Made by a program: the position numbers and the translations under genes. 64,000 bases of DNA, from NCBI GenBank assembly GCA_964016885.1, contig OZ024744.1, positions 36,270,001 to 36,334,000 of the forward strand, read 5' to 3'. Source of the stretch: Eledone cirrhosa. Its lineage: Eukaryota. Within the stretch, counting starts at the first letter, position 1; each line of letters begins with the position of its first letter. The notes beneath the pieces are model-generated. The model was given only the letters and a program-made list of their open reading frames with translations. It did not search any database and was not told the origin of the DNA. Of this stretch, positions 11,779 through 24,025 are shown one piece after another.

Positions 11779-13509
11779 ACCGACACATGTGTAGGTTGCA
11801 GTAGCTATCTCGAAGCTGAACAGCAAAACAAAAGTAACAGCAGTTCTGACGACAACAACAACAACAACAGCAGCAAAGAAAAACCAATCTCGTTTGCAGG
11901 TATCGCAAAGAACCTGGAAACCATCAACAAATGAGGAATTAGAGGATGCGAAGAAGATGGTGACAAAAACTGGACACCGAGCAATCTGCAAGGCAGCGGA
12001 AAAAAATTTCGAAACCCAACAGCACTGTACGGTCACGTACCGTACAGTAAGTAGAAAATCCCGTAGGGTTGAAAGAGCAACAGAGGCTCAAATACAAAAA
12101 GCTTTGGGGTCTGTGTGGCAGCGGAAAACGCACATCACCCGAGGCAAGAAATATGCCACCGTAGACGTACTTTTTTCCACACCCCAGGAGGCAAAGGCTC
12201 AATCCTTAGTGACCCTAAGGAGCGAGGAAATGGTGTTGGTGCCCTCCTACTGTGGGCAAAAAATTGTGAGGGTCAAACTGACCCACGTCCCCACTCCTCC
12301 CCCCCCCCCCCGGGATGGCCCATTATTGGCTGGCCGCGTCTCTCCTCGTCGGAATCGAGGACAAAACAACTGTACTGCAAGTACAGTAAAAAGTAAGAGA
12401 AGATTGGGTCGGCACCTCCATTGAGATGTTAATCGAAACCAACCAGGAGTCATCGAAGCTATCCCGGATGTGATAGACTTCGATAACGGCACTCAACTGC
12501 CCATAAGCGTTGAGGGCAAACGCCCGAAATGCTTTCGCTGTGGATCGAAGACTCACCTCAGGGCCTTCTGCAACGAGAAGAACCCGAGAAAGGAGAAAAC
12601 CCCCTCCTTCCGAAACCGACTCCACGGCTACCAGGAACAGGACAAGCGGCAACCAGGAACGATAGGTCTGTGGCACCCATATCCACGCCACGGAAATCAA
12701 AAACAGCAGCAGCAGTGGAAGTATTAACAACAACAACAACAGCAATACCAAATGCAGCTGCTACAGAGAATCCAGTGCAAACATCACCAACAACAACAAG
12801 TGAAAGAGTGGAGCTGGTACTCCTCCCCGACCTCACAGAATCAGACATGGAGTGTGAGGTGGGAGAGGGATGGCAAAAGCTCGTAAGAAGGCACAAACGC
12901 AGAAGCAGCGCATCGTCGCCTTTGAAAAGGGAGGAAAGAAATGAAAAAAGGGTAAAGACTACTGCAAAGAGACACACAGCAGCAACACCACCAACACCAT
13001 CACCAACCACACTAGCACCACCATCACCACCGGCGACAACCCCACCGCCAACAACACCTTCAACACCACCACCACAAGCACCAACATCGCAAACACAACA
13101 AAACACACACACCCAGCAACAACAACAAGAAAATAGCAGAACCACACCCCACCCCCAGAAAAACAAATGCACGGCAATAAATACACACAACAAGAAACTA
13201 ATGACTTACATAATTGAACACACAGACATTTCACAACACGACTACATAATACCAGCACCAATCAAAACGCCAACTAACATAAGACTGCTAAAAATAGCAC
13301 AGAAACAATGCACAAACATTAAAACGAAATTCCCCAACGCAGTTGGTGATTTCAGAGACCTAGCAGGGACACTCAACCGAAGAGTATATTCGGACATACT
13401 CATAGAAGAGCCGACGACAAGAAGAAGGGACGATTCAACGGTCCCTTCACCAGACGATCAAGTGAAAAGGGATGGAAAAACCATCCCTCCTCTACGAAAA
13501 GTACGGTAA
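11779..13509 (+). pseudogene. Tx1 ORF1 (copy C), frameshifted
   Basis: SFAGIAK...LVPSYCGQKIVRVKLTHVP...VEGKRPKCFRCGSKTHLRAFC knuckle. Ends KTIPPLRKVR*. Confidence 0.8.
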
Positions 13510-13544
13510 GTGGTCTTTCCAATCTTTTCCACTCTATTTTAAAC

Positions 13545-16500
13545 ATGACCTCACTCAGAATAGGCAGCATAAATGCGCGTGGTTTGGCGTCGTCATGGAA
13601 GCAAGGTCACCTGCTCAACGACCTCAGGTCACTAAACATAGATGTAGTGGCCATCAGCGAGACCAGAATCTTCGAAGCACGGGCCTTTGCACCGATCTTC
13701 GGCGGCTACGATGTGTACGCATCTCCCAGCCGTCCTGGATCGGGGGGAGGAGTTGCTGTGCTTTTTCGGAGTGGTTTGGATCTCGCCATACGGGCCATCT
13801 TCCTGGACCCAGAGGGTAAGTAGGTGGTGCTGGACGTGACCAGTGGAGACGGGCAAGCTTTCAGGTTAGTGGCCGTCTATGCCCCGACAGGAACAGGGCG
13901 GCCTGATTTCTTCCGGCGTCTGGAGACCTATCTTGGAACGTCCCGCTCTTTAGTGTTAGTGGGCGACTAGAACGGGATCTTAGATGCACGCTGGGACTGT
14001 GTGGGATTATGGATAGGGGTGGAGGGTGCAAGAGCCTCACCAACCTGCTCAGGCGTTTTGAACTGTTTGACAGGTACCGATTGGATTTCCCGAATGTGCC
14101 AATGTGGACTTGGACAAATCGCATAGGGTCATCCAGATCATATCTAGATAGAGTATTTTGTAGAGAAATAGATAGGTCTAGCATAGGCTGTCCACAATTC
14201 AAGATAGTCAGCTACACGGACCACAAATTCGTGATCTGTGTGCTTGACTTAGATAGGCTTCATAGACGAGGACCCGGGTACTGGAAGCTAAACGCGTCCT
14301 TACCAGCGCGCAAGACCTACAGAGACCGGATTAGCGAACTAGTAAAGCGAGCGTTGACGGGGGCCATCGTCAACAACAAGTGGTGGTTTGCTCTGAAAAG
14401 AGCGATTACAATAGAATTGATTAGGTTTAGTAAGGCTTTAGCAATAGAGAAAAATAGAGCAGAGGGAGAACTAGTTAGAAAATTAGACGAGGCGCTTAGC
14501 AAAGGCATTGCGACCGACGTGCTTGCGGCGAAATTGGCCCTTGACCAATTCTTCAATGCAAAGACGAAGGCTGCGTTGACAGAGCTAGGGTGCGTGCTCT
14601 CAGACACGAGGGGACGAAAGCCGTTCAATTGGCCCGACTGGCGGAGGCGCGTCGTGGCAACAAAGCCATGATCCGGTCTTTGGTCGACCACGACGGGCGC
14701 ATGCTACTCGATCCCGGGCAAATGTGTGAAGCTTTTCAGCGACACTTCACTCAGCTGTTCGGGGGCAGTGGCGGGCCGGATCGAGGGATGGACTTTAGTG
14801 TCTACCTCGACGGACTGCCGCGGCTTTCGGCCACTGAGGCGGAGTGTTGCGAAAAGCCGATAACAGCCGCTGAAGTACGGGATGCAATGACTAGTTGCAC
14901 AAGGGGTAAATCGCCTGGTTTGGATGGTCTGCCCTATGAACTTTACGTACAGATGCCAGACTTGTTCGGAGGCCTCTTGGCGGACGTCTACTGCAACTGG
15001 CAACAGAACGGGAGAATTCCCAGTTCTGTGAGCCGAGGAGCGGTGGCACTGCTGAGAAAGGATCCGAACAAGGGGGACAACGTAGATAATTTCAAGCCCA
15101 TAACTCTGCTAAACACAGAGTTCAAGATTTTGGCCAAGGTGCTAGCAAAGAGGTTGGCGCTTGTCGTTGGTGGTCTGGTGGGAGAGGCGCAGACATGCGC
15201 CATTCCCGACAGATCCATCCACGACAACCTCCATCTCATGCGATACATCGTAGAGAGGGTAGCTGGGGAACCTGGCACGGGTGGGTCCTTGAACAATTTA
15301 GATCAGTTGAAAACTTTCGATAGGGTCGATCATCGTTACCTAGCGGCAGTCCTGAGGGCGGCTGGCTTTGGGCCCGTCTCCAGAGGCTGGATCGCTGCCA
15401 TGCACAGCGACATCTGCTCAGTGGTGAGAGTGAACGGTCACCTTTCGGAACCGTTCAACATCATGCGCTCGGTCCGCCAAGGATGTCCCCTCTCGTCCCT
15501 CTTGTACGTATTGACTCTCAAGCCATTACTGCACAAACTGGAGACGTTGAGGGGCGTCCCGCGCGAACTAGGATGCGGAATATCCGCGTCAGCATATGCG
15601 GACGATGTCACTGTAGTGGTTTCGAACGCCAAACACATCGAGGCGATCGGCACTACACTAAGAGAATACGAATCGGTGACAGGAGCAATGATCAACCAGG
15701 AAAAGTCAGTGGGCCTGCAGCTCGGCATCTGGAGAGGCAGGTCCATGCCGTGCAACAGCGTCGTCGGACGATGGACAGACGGACCGGTTAAATTGCTAGG
15801 GGTCTGGTTCTGTCCGGACCTCCAGACGGACAAAAACTGGGACGAGGTGACGAGCAGGCTGGCTTCTCTCAACCAGAAATGGGCGGAGAGGAAGCTATCC
15901 CTGAAAGGTCGAGCGGAGGTGGCTAACGCGTACATCGCGTCTGTCATCTGCTACCGCGTGACCGTCGTACCTTGTCCTAAGCCTCGCTCACTGCGCTGGA
16001 GCGTTTGCTCTTTCGCTTTTTGTGGAAGGGACGCGCTCCGATGGTCAGGCGGTCCATCTGTTGTCAACACCCGCTACGTGGAGGGCTGAGCATGCCGTGG
16101 CTGATGATGCGCAGACACGCGCTCAGGCTACGACATCTCCACCTCTTCCTCGACGGTGATCAGGTGTGGTCGCCGTTTGCTAGACACGTTTTTCCCCAGC
16201 TCGTCTCCTTGACGGAGCTGCAGTCCTGGGTCAAGCGAAGACCGAGAGGGAGCGCTTGGAAACTGGAATTTCTTCAGGCGCTCACAGCCCTCGACCAATC
16301 GGGCAATGTGATCGGTGGAAACTCCACCTTGGCGTTCTATAGGGGATTAGTGGAGGGGAAGAGCGACAACGTACTTGGAGAAACTCTAGACGTCGATGAA
16401 AATCAACTAGCCAATCTCTTCGGAAGGACTTTCGGGCCGGGGCCTATGGACAACTTCCAGAAATCCCTGGCCTGGAAGAGCTACCGGGGAGCTTTGCCAG

Positions 16501-16961
16501 TTCGGGATAAACTCTACAGGCATGGAGGTGCCGTCAGCCGGGCATGTCCGAGATGCGCGCAGGGCGACGAAACCGTCCTGCACGCACTCGTCCAGTGTCC
16601 GAGCATTGCTGACTTGTGGGTTTATGTCGAACACCTGCTGTCACGTGTAGGACGGATCCAGCTATCAGCTGAGTCCATCGTGAGGATTGCCCCGCCTTCT
16701 TCCTTTAGCCGGGAAGGGCAGGCAGTTTTTATCTGTCTGGTGGCCATGGCGAAAGAGATAGTATGGTGGACACGTTTGAAAGAGCTGAAGACGAGCACTT
16801 ACCTCTTCGGTGATGCCCTGATTAACTTTTTCAAATTTCATTTGAAAAGGAAAATCAGGGTAGAGAGGGAAATGCTCTCTTCCCATCATTTTGTTGAAAG
16901 TTGGGTGAGAGAAGCAAGTATGGCCCGAATGAATGGGCCTTCTCTGACTATGTGTCTGTAA
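13545..16961 (+). pseudogene. Tx1 ORF2 (copy C): APE + RT + CCHC, with stops and frameshifts
   Basis: ORF pieces 13545-13823, 14009-14671, 14590-16089 and 16005-16961. YADD present. Intact CPRC...HALVQC knuckle. Confidence 0.94.
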
Positions 16962-17202
16962 ATTAAGGGTGGAAAACTGGGAGAGGGCACTTGCCCTGGT
17001 GGTCAGGGTCACTGTGATCTTTTAATGGGCTTTCTCCACAAATGTCCCCCGGAAGTCTCCCCCCTATTGGGGAATTTTTCTTTGTTATTTTATTTCATCC
17101 TCTGTTTTTTACACGCAGAAATGCCCAATTGAACCGTCCTGTATTGTCCTGTACTGTCCTTAATGTCTACTTTATGTAAACCCTTGTGGTTAATAAAGAA
17201 AA

Positions 17203-17263
<61 letters not shown>

Positions 17264-19400
17264 TCAGCTGCATTTATCTTGCTTTATGTTCATACGAGTT
17301 ATCACCAAGTCACAACCAGTGACCTCAAGAGACAACAAGTCCGCCATGTTCAAGAAAGAACATACATACTCACACATGCATCTTTAGTGTTTAGACTTGT
17401 GATGTACTTATATTGACAGAATCTTCCTTAGTATATGGGCAGTTCCCATTAGTACTATCTTTTGTATATCTCCTATACGCGGGTTTCCTGGGATTTGCGA
17501 TAAGTAATCATTAGACCCCTTAGGTATCATTCCTAGAGCGCCTACAACCACTGGTATTGTTTTAGTTCTCAATTTCCACATTTTTACAATTTCTATATCC
17601 AGGTCCTTATACTTGCTCGATTTTTCAAATGTTTTTATAGATACATTCTTGTCTATTGGAACGGACATATCTATTAGCAGGCATACCCTCTTTATAAAGT
17701 CCTTCAATATTATATCAGGTCTATTTGCATCTATTTTTCGGTCTGTTTGGATGCTAAAGTTCCACAAGATTGAGATGTGATCTTTTTCAAGTATGGGAGG
17801 TGGTTGATGCTCCCACCAATTCTTTTGATGGGGCAGGTCAAAATGCTTACACATTATTCAATGTATGTATTGTGCAGCTCTGTCATGCCTGTTTAGGTAT
17901 TCGGTTGGAGCTATAGGACTGCACATTGAAATTATATGGTCAATGGTCTCTGGTTGTTTTTTGCATACACGGCATAATGGGCTGCATCCATTTTTTTATT
18001 ATGTGGGCTGGGTAATTTTTTGTTGGCAGACACTGATCTTGTGCTGATATAATCAGTCCTTCAGTCTCCGATTTCAGTCCAGAGGATGCCAACCACTGAT
18101 GGGTTAAAGTTTTGTCAACATCAGGATTGTTAGCTCGTTCTGTGTATTTTCCATACAGAGGCTTTTCTTAGCCAGTTTCTGTAGCAGTTCTTTCTTTGCA
18201 GTTACTTTTACCTGCTTTGCTTTTTCTGTGTTTTCCATTTCAGCAGTAAATGGGACTTCTGAAATTTGTAGTCCATTACTGTATCTTTGTGCATCTTTTG
18301 TAATGGAGTATGATCTTTTGTACTTTCGTGTTTCAAAACGAGTTTGATCATCCAATCATGTGATTCCCTTAGATATGTAGACAATCTAATTGTTGCAGTT
18401 TCAACGCAATGTCTAACTGGATTAACCCACGTCCTCCTTCTTTCCTAGGGAGATATATTCTATCTATATCTGCCTCAGTGTGATGCATTCTGTGCATGGT
18501 TAAGAATTTTCGAATTTTTGTATCGAGCCTACGGATCTCTGTGCTTGACCAGTTGATGACATTGTAACTGTAGGTTACTACTGGTATGGCAAGCGTGTTT
18601 ATGGCATAGATCCTATTCCTTGCATTCAATTCCGTTCTTAAGATTGCTCTTACTCTGCGGTAACATTCCTTCCTTATCATTTCCCTCATTGTCGAATGCT
18701 TGATTCTGTCTCCTTCACAAACACCTAGATATTTGTACGTTTCCTCTTGATCAAGTTCTCTTATCACGTTCCCCCGATCAAGATTAATGTCTGAACTCTT
18801 CAGCAGCTTTCCTCTGGTGAACGTTGCTTTGGCGCATTTATCTACTCCAAACTCCATGTTAATGTCATCACTGAACTGCTCCACAGTGGATAATAGCCCT
18901 TGCAATTGTTCATCATTTTTGGCAAATAGTTTCAGGTCATCCATGTAGAACAAGTGATTAATGGTTTTGTCATAGACTTTATATCCATGTTTTGTTTCAT
19001 TGAGCATTTTACTTAATGGTATAAGTGCGATGCAGAATAAGAGCGGTGATAAAGAGTCACCCTGAAAAATTCCACAATTAATATTAACTTCTCCAGCTTC
19101 CAGTGATTTTGTTTCACTATTCAAAAGGAGTGTCGTTTTCCATGTCTTCATACTGAATGACAAAAACCTCCTGACAACGGGGGATATTTTGAAAATCTCT
19201 AAACATTTTTCAATCCAACTGTGTGGCAAACTATCGAATGCTTTTTTATAATCTATCCAAGCAATTGATAGATTGTTGTGTGTATTATGACAATCTTCTA
19301 GTATCATTTTGTTAACCAAAAGCTGATCCTTACAGCCATATGAGCCTCGTTTACACCCTTTCTGCTCAATGGGAAATAGGTCATTTGTTATCCGCTGGTC
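17264..19400 (-). mobile_element. R4/Dong-clade LINE, 5'-truncated (RT + RLE), with (TAA)n tail shared with Tx1 copy C
   Basis: ORF 18369-19427: EQKGC, WIDYKKAFDSLPH, GIFQGDSLSP, LFYMDDLKL. ORF 17408-17854: NRPDIIL...LIDMSVP...K.SKY...PVVVGALG. The 3'UTR runs into (AAT)n on the minus strand. Confidence 0.92.
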
Positions 19401-19745
19401 AAATAAATGCAAGTTATATTTATACAACCATATTTATTCTATTATATATATTTCAAGGGTACAAACATTTTGGTACGCTCTTCCAGGAAAAACTTGGCCC
19501 GTTAAGATCTTCTTCCTGGATATGTCAATATTTATAAAACACACTTCGTATTTTATCTAATGAGAGCCTACCAAAGTGTCGGTACCCTTGAAATATATAT
19601 AATAGACTAAATATGGTTTAATAAATATAGTTTCAATTTATTTAATATCATTGAATATTATACTCCAGAAAACAAGTCTAGTGCTTCGAATCAGTTATAA
19701 ACATTTATATTTGTTGAATTACCAACAAATGAAATATCCTCTTTG
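19400..19745. mobile_element. PLE pLTR fragment (family E) with inverted partial copy and decayed hammerhead
   Basis: 19400-19480 is the reverse complement of ~19562-19643. CTAATGA...GGTACCCTTGAAATATATATA matches the HHR-bearing repeats at 32843, 34000, 40700 and 44838. Confidence 0.7.
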
Positions 19746-19748
19746 CTT

Positions 19749-19932
<184 letters not shown>

Positions 19933-19984
19933 ATTAATTCAAATATGTAAAATTTGGCTTCATATTTTATAAATTATAGATATA

Positions 19985-20035
19985 CTGCTATATATATTTC
20001 GGTGACAGCCATCATTGGCTGTGACCTCTTCAGCC
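19985..20035 (-). ncRNA. Hammerhead ribozyme motif (type I, stem I truncated)
   Basis: Minus strand: CTGAAGA-GGT CACAGCCA ATGA TGGCTGT CACC-GAAA-TATATAT-A. Related to 32594-32650. Confidence 0.55.
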
Positions 20036-21149
20036 TGTCCGAATTTGTGTGGTAGAGACAGGTACACATGTTGTTGAAGTGTGTTTTACTCCGTCAATAC
20101 ATCGATATGTCCAGCTCCTGGTTGTGTTGTTATTCCTCTGAGGAATATATATATATAACACATACGACTCCACCCACTACAACAATATACACAACATGCT
20201 TATATACCATACAACACACATAATAACCTTTTCACAAACATAACCCTTATATTAATATTCACACATATACACATCCACCCTATCGGACCCATCGTTGCCA
20301 CTGCACATACTCATGTATCACATACCACCGACACACAATACCTTATATTTCGATTGAGCGTACTTGTGTATCTACTTTTGTCTCCTGGGTGGGATATTTT
20401 ATTCTTGTGGGATCTATTGGTGGGGCTAGGTCGTTGTCGGATATCAATGTTTCCCATATCTATTCCGGCTTCCTCACCCTCCCTTGGTTCTATCCATCTT
20501 CCCGGACATAGTGACATCACACTTCGTAGTTTGACTGTTATACTGTCTTAGCTTCGTACGTAATGCCTTGCGGTATCTCTTACGATCATAGCCACGACAT
20601 AGGATATGGGAGACAGACATGCTTACCACTGCTTTACCCCCCCCCCCGGGCAACATTTCAAGATCACATATATGTGAAACTGTATATACGCACACACAGA
20701 CGCATATAGGTGAACGGCACTCATATATATGCGTGTGAAAATACACATAAACACGCATGTACGCAAACACATCTACACAGTCGTTTACTCATTTTCACTC
20801 CTTAAGTCGATCGGCTCACGCATGCACACACACACTCACATCTCTTTACTTCCAATGGCAAGGCTAGCTTCATCACGGTCTAACGCACATGAGACATTCA
20901 TACACTCACAGTTTAACACAGAGTATCACCCTGCCACACACACACAGTCACAGGCACACATATCCATACACGAAGATTATCTCCCTTTTAAAAGCATTCA
21001 TACATCAAAGATACATTCTGATCCAGATTTCCCCAACATTCTGGCAAAAGAGACAGGTGTTTTCCCTCCGACACAAATGTATCCGTTTCTTCCTTTTTTT
21101 ACTCTCGCCTACCATTCTCTTTTTTCATTCCCTTTCTAATGAAGTATAA

Positions 21150-22112
21150 AAGTCTAAAACTTTCAGACTCTTTTCCTTCTATAACAAACGTCAAGTTTGA
21201 CGACATTGGATGGCAACAGGCCACTTTACCTGTCAGGTAGTGCGGCCTTGGCCTCCGGTCCCCGATCTCACTGGCTTTGCCGGCGTATCTTTCGTTGGTA
21301 ACCTCGTGCAGCATCCTCGTCAGTAGCGTTCTTCAAAACACAATAGAACCCTCTGTGCTCAGAGAACGTGAGGCCGCCTGTGAGACGTGGGAGAGGTTGG
21401 GATTTAGCCCAGTAGATGTCCCTCCTCCTTCTCCCCCTGCTGGCGTCAAGTACCCTCAAAACACTTGGGTTGCCATCCCGTGCAGCCTGGCATCACACAG
21501 GCTCACGCCTTTCCTGTTTACGTGCGGTCTCCAGACTCCACAGTGGTGCCTGGCTCCATGCCCTGCCTCCTTCTCCAATGGCACGCAGCTAGACAATAAT
21601 AGCTTGCGCATCGGCGTTTCCTTGAGACTCTGTCTCCGGATCTGCGAGCCACACCAATGTTGCTGGGGATCCATCGCGGACTCTTTCGGCCTCCACCTAC
21701 TTTCTTGTTGCCGCAGTGCCGGCTGCCTTCCACGCCATGCTGCTATCAATGAGGTCATAAAGTATGGCTTGCACGCTGCAGGCTTCCCTTCCCAATTCGA
21801 GCCGGTGGGGCTGGACCGAGGGGACGACAAAAGGCCAGTAGGTATGACCATCTTCCCGTTCCGCGGTGGCAAACCCCTCGTCATGGATGCCACTTGCACC
21901 GACACTTTCCGCAGCCACAACCTGGTGCAGTCTGCGACTAACCCAGGTTGTGCTGCACGTCGGGGCGCTGAGGAGGCCAATCTCCTCAAATACCGGTCGC
22001 TCTCCGACACGTTTGCGGTTGTACCCCTGGCAGTGGAGACTTCTGGTATCCTTAGCCCTAGGGCTACCTCCCTACTCACCACCGTAGGCGCTGAGCTGGC
22101 CAGCCGCGGGTT
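21150..22112 (+). mobile_element. CRE-clade LINE 3' fragment (RT thumb + CCHC + RLE)
   Basis: WQQATLPVR*CGLGLR, then LRIGVSLRL...CCWG...D.FGLHLLSC...RHAAIN...EP.GL...KRP.G...DATCTDT...KY...PLAVETSG. Confidence 0.85.
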
Positions 22113-22271
22113 TCAGTGCTCTATGTATAAAACAGAGCTATTAAATTAGAAAGTGAACAACATAATATATAACTACTCCATCACCAATCTAGACGTGACG
22201 TATGTTAACATTGTCTAGGGTCCTGAACCAAAAGAGTAGTTATATATTGTGTTCTTCACTTTCTAATTATA

Positions 22272-22544
22272 TATATATCACCTTGATCACCTTCACCGAC
22301 CAGTCTGTCGGGCGCTATTCGGCGCCGCTGGTCACAACACGTCGTGTTGTTTTAGCCATAGGATAACGCCATCCCCCTGGCTGGGCGGGCAGGCCGGTAC
22401 TAATTTCTATAGCTGAGTAAACTGGAGCAACGTGAAATAAAGTGTCTTGCTCAAGGAAACAACACATCACCCGGTCTGAGAATTGTACTCACAACCTTTC
22501 GATTGCAAGGCCAATGCTTTAACCACTAAGCCATGCGCCTTCAC
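22272..22544 (-). mobile_element. tRNA-derived SINE with CORE-like central domain
   Basis: Minus strand: A-box TGGCTTAGTGG, degenerate B-box, TCCTTGAGCAAGACACTT. Head shared with 33263 and 44955. Confidence 0.8.
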
Positions 22545-22562
22545 TATTATATATCTATAAGT

Positions 22563-22602
22563 ATGAAGTGAGCTTAATATTTTCTTAAATTGTAAGAAAT
22601 AT

Positions 22603-22697
<95 letters not shown>

Positions 22698-22742
22698 TAC
22701 ATACACACACACACATACATACGCACACACACATGCATACAT

Positions 22743-22783
<41 letters not shown>

Positions 22784-22940
22784 CATATATAATATATATA
22801 TATATATATATTCGTGTGTGTGTGTATGCGGGTGTGTATATGTATGTGTGTATGTGTGTGTATGTGTGTGTGTGTATGTATGTATGTGTGTGTGTGAGTG
22901 TATTTCTTACAATTTAGGAAAATAGTAAGCTCACTTCATA
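22563..22940. repeat. Imperfect palindrome: ~45-bp unique arms enclosing (CA)n-(TA)n-(TG)n
   Basis: TATGAAGTGAGCTTAATATTTTCTTAAATTGTAAGAAATA versus TATTTCTTACAATTTAGGAAAATAGTAAGCTCACTTCATA. Confidence 0.8.
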
Positions 22941-23146
22941 TCTATTGATGAATTACTAAATATATGGAGCTGTCATAAATAAATGGCGAAATAAACAGAC
23001 AAATAAAATAAATCAGCAACAGAATTGTTACTATCGATATTTCAGCTCAAGTTATCATTTTGGAAAATCATATATTCCCCTTGTCTCTCTTCCTCTCTCT
23101 CCTCCTTTCCATTCCTCGTTCTCATTCCGCTTTTTTCTCCAGCTAG

Positions 23147-23601
<455 letters not shown>

Positions 23602-23973
23602 TGTACATATGTGTGTATTTGTGTGTGTACACGAGGAAAATTGCAAATCTATAAACACATAAAAAACTATAGTGAATTTAACGGATCAAGAACTTCGATA
23701 AAATATCGACGCAATATCGATCATTTCCTTCTTTTTTTTATTGCTCGGCGCCAAATAAAAAATATCAAACTTTAGCAGAGAAAGTTCCATTGTCAACCAA
23801 GTTCGATATCTATAGGCATTATTAAATAATTCAAGAATTTGGACCGATTTTATTATCCTTATGGAAAAATTAGCAAAATTGTATAGTTGATTTCACATGC
23901 CCTCGTTCCTTTTTCACCAACATACTCATACATGCATATATATATATATATATAGCCGTCGAAACGGCTTGAG

Positions 23974-24021
<48 letters not shown>

Positions 24022-24025
<4 letters not shown>

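Larger units (their letters stand above)
11779..17263 (+). mobile_element. L1/Tx1-clade LINE copy C, 5'-truncated in ORF1, with (ATT)20 tail
   Basis: ORF2 and 3'UTR are near-identical to copy B. ORF1 is homologous but strongly diverged. AATAAA near 17192, (ATT)n 17204-17263. Confidence 0.92.

Noticed and set aside
23628-23910. Mariner-like MITE (ACGAGG...CCTCGT ends)
   Set aside because: The terminal match is too short and degenerate, and there is no clear TSD.
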